Below, in pieces: positions 34,055 through 34,814 of a stretch of 34,814 bases of DNA; positions within the stretch are counted from its first letter, which is position 1; each line of letters opens with the position of its first letter. Origin of the DNA: a virus (Duplodnaviria; Caudoviricetes); IMG/VR virus record IMGVR_UViG_3300011335_000821, positions 1-34,814 of that record; one strand, 5' to 3'. Position numbers and translations under genes: made by a program. Below the pieces are notes generated by a model that saw only the letters and a program-made list of their open reading frames with translations, was not told where the DNA came from and did not search any database.

Positions 34055-34270
34055 ATGGAAAAGAAAAAAAAGTATTTAGATTATTATAAAGAAGTAATTC
34101 CTACACGAAAAAAAACAAAAGAAGCAATAAAATTAATAAAACCTGCTATTCCTAAAGTTAAAAAAATAGCAAAAGATTTTGCGATTGATGCAGTTTTAAC
34201 ATTAACTCCAGTTGGAAAAATTTTTAAAGGTGCTAAATTAGCATCAAAAATTATGAAAAGGGGAAAATAA
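34055..34270 (+). CDS. Small basic hypothetical protein
   Basis: Lys-rich with one amphipathic/hydrophobic segment; RBS AAGGTG. Confidence 0.7.
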   Translation: MEKKKKYLDYYKEVIPTRKKTKEAIKLIKPAIPKVKKIAKDFAIDAVLTLTPVGKIFKGAKLASKIMKRGK

Positions 34271-34271
34271 A

Positions 34272-34814
34272 ATGCCAAATTATAAAATTAAAAAAGGTGA
34301 CACATTATCTGCAATTGCTAAAAAAGAAGGAACTACAGTTTCAAAATTAATGAAATTGAATCCAACGATTAAAGATAAGAATATGATTATGTCAGGTACT
34401 AATTTAAATCTTCCTTATGATATGGGGAAATTGGAATCAAACGTAAAATCGGCTACTGATAAAGAAAAAACAGCTTCACTAAATCGACAATCTACTGGTA
34501 TAAGAGCGACATCAGCTCAAGGTTCAGCAATGGTTGAAAAAAAGAAAAATGAATTAGCTCAAGGCACATCAATGGCTGCAGATAATAAAGGTAAATCACG
34601 TTCGGGTGCAGGTGCTTTTGCACTTGGTGCAGGAACAGCCCTCGCCGCAAAGGGTATTGTTAAAAAATCTTCAAGACAAATAAAAGAAATGATATCTAAT
34701 GCTAAAGATAAAAAAATGGCAGGTTCAGTTAAAGTTGGCGGAATGTATGGAGATGTAAAAAAATTAGCAAAAAGTTCTGCTAACTACGCAAAAGTAGCAG
34801 GAAAAGTAGCAGGA
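34272..34814 (+). CDS. LysM-domain basic protein (runs off the end and continues to 366 via the terminal overlap)
   Basis: Hand-translated: MPNYKIKKGDTLSAIAKKEGTTVSKLMKLNPTIKDKNMIMSGTNLNLP is a textbook LysM; no stop before the window end. Confidence 0.92.
   Translation, partial: MPNYKIKKGDTLSAIAKKEGTTVSKLMKLNPTIKDKNMIMSGTNLNLPYDMGKLESNVKSATDKEKTASLNRQSTGIRATSAQGSAMVEKKKNELAQGTSMAADNKGKSRSGAGAFALGAGTALAAKGIVKKSSRQIKEMISNAKDKKMAGSVKVGGMYGDVKKLAKSSANYAKVAGKVAG
34524..34814. repeat. Terminal direct repeat / circular assembly overlap, right copy
   Basis: Matches 1-291 with 8 mismatches. Confidence 0.97.

Noticed and set aside
36-34278. Antisense or alternate-frame ORFs inside real genes (36..380, 1218..1421, 3071..3298, 4027..4224, 8448..8654, 13183..13428, 15288..15473, 15639..15866, 16228..16428, 17778..18035, 18325..18572, 19836..20066, 21471..21753, 23001..23195, 25370..25579, 27277..27525, 28933..29523, 31429..31659, 31990..32665, 33037..33234, 33592..33849, 34084..34278)
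   Set aside because: They are shadow frames of well-supported genes, with no RBS or recognisable motifs.
1-34814. tRNA, rRNA, IS elements, introns or inteins
   Set aside because: I saw no cloverleaf, transposase or homing endonuclease motif, and TerL, portal and capsid ORFs are uninterrupted. A tRNAscan/Infernal run is still needed to be sure.

Overview
The window is an apparently complete, circularly permuted genome of a low-GC tailed phage with a unit length of about 34,523 bp. Bases 1-291 repeat 34524-34814 with 8 mismatches, and a LysM gene missed by the ORF track runs across the join. Strong GGAGG ribosome-binding sites, sigma-A-type promoters, an XhlA/M23/holin lysis cassette and a 3D-domain protein point to a Bacillota host. 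There is no tape-measure, tail-tube or sheath gene, but there are adaptor, nozzle and ejection-like proteins, which points to a podovirus-type virion. No integrase was seen. The leftward arm (13967 down to 2046) carries early genes (amidoligase, two gamma-glutamylcyclotransferase-like genes, many small ORFs), then Sak-like recombinase, Mom-like DNA modifier, SSB, initiator, DnaC-like loader, RusA, MazG, a glycosyltransferase, a 3D protein and an HTH protein. The rightward arm (14719 round to 2043) carries TerL, portal, scaffold, capsid, a GTA-like head spike, tail/ejection proteins, lysis genes, TerS, a cluster of very basic small proteins and a DUF3310/metallophosphoesterase unit. The most unusual signals are: (i) a 27-residue copy of the TerL Walker-B segment at the N-terminus of an HTH protein; (ii) a copy of the helicase-loader N-terminal helix at the end of the Mom-like ORF; (iii) a seven-copy helically phased AT-rich array (52/51/41/51/52/41 bp spacing) in the early region; (iv) origin-like 11-bp repeats in the leader of the first early gene. 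All family names come from motif recognition, not from database searches.
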